From Podarcis erhardii (Eukaryota): a stretch of 64,000 bases of DNA. A program made the position numbers and the translations under genes. The DNA lies in assembly GCA_964252035.1 (NCBI GenBank), contig OZ176207.1; one strand, given 5' to 3'. This document shows positions 59,607 through 64,000 of this stretch, piece by piece. Under the pieces are notes generated by a model that was not told where the DNA came from, ran no database searches, and was given only the letters and a program-made list of their open reading frames with translations. Within the stretch, counting starts at the first letter, position 1; each line of letters begins with the position of its first letter.

Positions 59607-62600
59607 AAGGCAGATATTCCCTTCCATTTAGCCAAAAAAGCTCCCGGAGCAACTTACAAAAACCAGCAGTCAGATTGTTTTTCTTACTGTTATGCCACAC
59701 AAGTAAAAATGGATGCTTGGGCATAGCGTTGGGGGGGACGGGACACCAGGTGCCCCCACATCAGCTCCCTCATTGGAGCCTGGCTCCAGCGTGTAAGGGA
59801 GCTGCCCCGAGCCCAGTGGCCGCTCTGCTTTGGGGTCAGCTCCACCATTGAGTGGATGGGAGGGAGGTGGGGTAAGATCAAGCTCCGTACCCGTTCAGCC
59901 AGAATCCTCATAGACGTAACTTGTCTCTGACAAAATGTCTCCACCCACCTGTTGCAATGTGGAAACGGAGCATATGATAATCTCTGGACCAAGAAGACAG
60001 GAATGCAAGATTATAGCAGTTGCTATCTTCAGAGGAGGGGGCTTGACGGATTTACCCTCCTCCCTTGCTGATGTCAGAGGTGCTTCTGGCTGACTTGACC
60101 TTGGCAGCTCCTCTCTGGAAATACTCTCCTCCCCAATTCAGATCTGGGAGCAGAGCAGGTGACAGTGTCCAGGTTAGGAGCACAGGGCTACTTCATCTGG
60201 CTAAAAATTACGCAGAGCAGTGGATGGATGATAACCATGAAAGAATACAAACATTAGATTGAATGTTGCAGCCATGAGGTGGCTGTTTAGTTTCAAGGCA
60301 AAGATTGCAGACAGATTGAATTAGCTTCTTCTAGTATTGGTGTAAGAACACAAGATCAGGCCAATCTAGTCTGGACTAGGAAACCCGCAAGCAGGACCCA
60401 AAAGCAAGGGAACTCTTCCCTCCTGTGTTTTCGAGCAACTGATACCCAGAACCATACTGCCCCTGACTGTGAAATCAAGTCACGCCTAGGATTTAAGAAA
60501 AAAGAAGTAATGGCCGATCTCCATTTTTGAAGTTTTACCCCTTTTGAATTTTTTATTTACCCAATTTTACTGCCTCATTGCCCAATGCTGCAGCTAACAC
60601 AACAGTGCTTTCATTTCCACTCCTCCTCCTGTGCACTCCCAAAATTCGCTTCAGAGGTCCTCCAACCCCCTGGAGCAGATTTTGAGGATGTGGAGGGGAC
60701 CAGAGAGCAAGAGGAAAGTTGGAGGCCCACAGGTTGGCCACCTCTGTTCTAGGCTTGTAAAGAGTAAGAAATTGAGAGGTTGCTCACTATTTGCAGCATT
60801 TTGGTTGGGCCTAAGAAAGGTATTGCTCAGCTGCGGATTTTGGAATGTTTTAAGAGCATGGCTACTGTGAAGCATACGTACATATATCCCCTTAATACAA
60901 AGAAAGGATGCTTTTTCTTCAAAACTATTTATATGTGGATTTAATCAGTTAATCAATTAAAACCTATATGGCTAAGCAACTTTGATTTTGTCACTCAGCC
61001 AGCAGCACTAATCTAAACAGAAACCATGGCCCCGCTGAAAGGATTCGAGTCCTAGGGCATTACCATACTTTCCATTTAGAGTGGTATAGTTCCTGTGGTT
61101 TTTGTTTTTGGTATGCTGTCACACAATGTCATCCTTATTATTCAGCTAGTGTTCTGGAATTGTGTACAAATCCAGATACACCATTTGTGGAGAATATGAA
61201 ATATATCCTTCTAATTTCTGCTTTCACAATGTCATTGTTTTGCAATATATTCTTTCTTGCAGTTATGATGCTTCTTGTCATAAAGAGCCCAGAAAGCTTT
61301 GTGGTGAAGTCACCACATCTGTTGAAATGTGGGGTTTGCTGAATGAGTACCAAAGGAATGTCCTATCCTGCGTTATGATGGCATGATATACTTGGTGTGT
61401 CTGTGGATCCAGAAAGCTCTTCAGACTGCACAAAGTGGTTCTGCATTTATAGAAACAGGCAGTAACCATGAGTTTGGGTACAAACTACCTGTAAACCTCA
61501 AAACTGCATATTAGGATAGGCTTTAGCTACATTCTCTCAGTTTATGTGTACTTGTGTATATGCAGTACAAAGACAGAAAGCTCATTAGAATGGTTCATAA
61601 AAAATGGCCACTAGCCATGATGGCTGTGTACTACCTCTAATGTTGGTGGCAGTAAGCCTTTGTATACCTGTTGCTAGGAATGGCAGGTGGGGTTGCACTC
61701 TGGTCCTGCTTGTGGGCTTCCCATAAGCATCTGGTTGGCCACTGTGAAAACAAGATGCCAGAGTAGATGTACCTTTGATCACGCTCGTTTTATGGCTTCC
61801 ACACAAGCCTTCAGGAAAAGGTGCCCTCTTTTACTCATATGTTGTCTTTCCCTCTTCCTTTGTTATGCAGTTTCAAACAGTTTTTTCTTTAACAAAATAA
61901 TGCAAGAAGCAAACCGCAGACAGAAAACAGCAGCACAAGAAGAGAGGGTGGAAATTAGGAGGAAATGTAGAAGATACATAGAAGCATAAATATTTCCTGT
62001 CCTCGCATGAGAACACTGCCATGTAAAACAGCACGTAGATATGTCTGGATATGGAGTCCGGGCATCAGAATTCCTTAAGCTGAATTCACCAGATTACATG
62101 AACCAGGGTGAAATTTTCACTTTCCTTATTGTGAAGATTTTAAAGAAAATAGTTTCATACACTATTTACCTACAAGGCCTGATACATGGCTTTGAATTAC
62201 TTGGCAGTGGTCCCCGTGGTCAAGAAAGCATAGCTTAATATTTTTGTGAAATAATAGCATGGAGGGTGGGGAGTCCTGTAAATGTCTCCCACTCCTAGAA
62301 CAGGAAGATGTTACGTCTCGGTTCTTGAATGTACTCCCCCCCAAATCTGGTCCAGGGTATTGGACACTCAATGGGAGGTGCTGTGAAGGGAGAAAGGGGA
62401 GTCTATAAAAATTGCATTCCCCCACATGGAAGCCTCTTCTGGACCCAAACTTTTCCTGTTTATGTAAGGCCACCTTTGGACCCAACTCACTGTTTCCTGG
62501 TGAATATTATTAGGGGCATATCCCCCTCACCCTGCTGCTGTTAGAGCATATGTTGTGAAGACAAGTTCACATACTGCCCAACTACAAATAGAATCTGTTT

Positions 62601-64000
62601 GGTTGGCTCACTGACTTCCTGTGCTGATGCAATTCATACCACAACACCTTCCCACAACCGTCCACAGGACTAGTCAGACAATATTGCTGCTACTCCATGC
62701 CAGTCACCACAGAGAGGGGGGTTATTGGAGAACCGTTAAGCCACATAAAGCACTGGTCATGATTACCCTTGCTTAGCTTTTCTCTGCAGCTATAGGAGTG
62801 AGTAACTTACTTTTGTTTTGAAAGCAAAGACTCTATGAATGCTGAATTCTACCCAGATGTGAAATTCTGAGCTTGTGTGTGGCAAAACACACTCATGTAA
62901 AATTCTTTGGTGCCATAGGTATATGAAGCTAGGTGGATAAGGGTAGGATTGCTGTGATGATACTTGTGAATTGCCACCGGTATGCGTTTGTTACAGCAAG
63001 ATTTATTCTTCAATCTCTATATTGATGAATTAAATCTTTATATGATACCATACCATGTTAGTGTATAGTGTGGGAACCCAAGGGAAATATATATGAGGCG
63101 TACAGCTGAAACTCTTCATCCAAACATTTCACTAGAACTTCTGAAGACTGGCTGTATTGTAGAAGCAACCAGCAGTTCTGGATTTTGTCCTCAAAAATAA
63201 GGACTGTGGGCTCTGCCTGAGCTTTTAATTTTCCCCCTTCTGAGTTCTGCCTGTCTGCATTTTAATTTTAAGGAAATAGCCATTCATTAAATATTGCTTA
63301 AAAAAAGAGTGTCCTGCAAAGAGAGTGACTGAGGAAAGCAGTCATGTGTGGCCCAGGCCCCAAATTTAACATGCACCGAGGACATGCAACTCAACATTTG
63401 TTGATGTGAAAAGAAAGAGATGTGTTTTTTCCTGCCACTGAAACAGGATTTGTGTTTAGGCTTTCTCTTTGCTCAGATTTTTCAGTCGTACAGCTGTACA
63501 CTGCATTGTTACATATTGCTTCAAACAGAAACTATGAATTTGCACAAGCTGCTAGAAAAGATTGTGGGGTCTTGTTCTAGACTGTGTCTGGGAAGTAAGA
63601 ATGTTTGGTTAACGGAACACAATCCCCTCCCCCCTTTCTAAGGGCATAAATGAAACTGGGTCCCCATATGGTGGAAAGCAATAAATTTATTGTATATAAG
63701 TATTTTTAAATTGTGGCATCAAAATTTCAGCGCACTGTGCGGAAAGAGCAGTAGCTGAGAAAGGAATGCCTTTAATAGTATTAATAGCTTCTAAGTGTAT
63801 TCAATTTCTGCTTCCTGGGCTAGATTAGATAATAAGCAGAGCATGTTAGATTCTTGGGGATGAATATTGTCTTAAGCTTTTGCTTTATCTCTTCATTCCA
63901 GTAGATGGCTACAGTTCACTACCAAATTGGAGCTCTAATAGATTTTTACAGTAAGTAAATCAGAAGATGAAGGTTGAATTACTATAAATGAGTTGACCTA

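Noticed and set aside
1-64000. CRISPR arrays, tRNA/rRNA genes, operon-like systems
   Set aside because: Eukaryotic intron-exon DNA. The tRNA-like boxes all belong to SINE heads and no regularly spaced repeat array is present.

Overview
Vertebrate genomic DNA, most likely a squamate (lacertid-type lizard), inferred from Sauria-type SINEs, squamate tRNA-derived SINEs, L2/CR1 LINEs and hAT/Tigger MITEs. It is a gapped assembly with five N runs. The window holds two + strand genes in the order I recall from other amniotes. (1) A compact 12-exon CNDP1-like M20 dipeptidase (CDS 1332-9712, about 491 aa, signal peptide, all metal ligands intact). (2) A CpG-island promoter (about 11.3-12.3 kb), a 16 kb 5'UTR intron, and the first two coding exons of ZNF407 (giant exon 28217-32985 and a 115-nt exon 43656-43770); the gene continues beyond the window. 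I see no prokaryote-type system, CRISPR array or RNA gene, and no clearly new biological system. The best leads are a CNDP1-like enzyme with many substitutions around an intact catalytic core, a Tigger-type MITE carrying an ETS/NRF1 promoter-like cassette, a sense solo LTR in the dipeptidase gene, eroded N-terminal ZNF407 fingers, a minimal uORF, a candidate poison exon and strong CTCF motifs. Comparisons to human proteins are from memory and need alignment.
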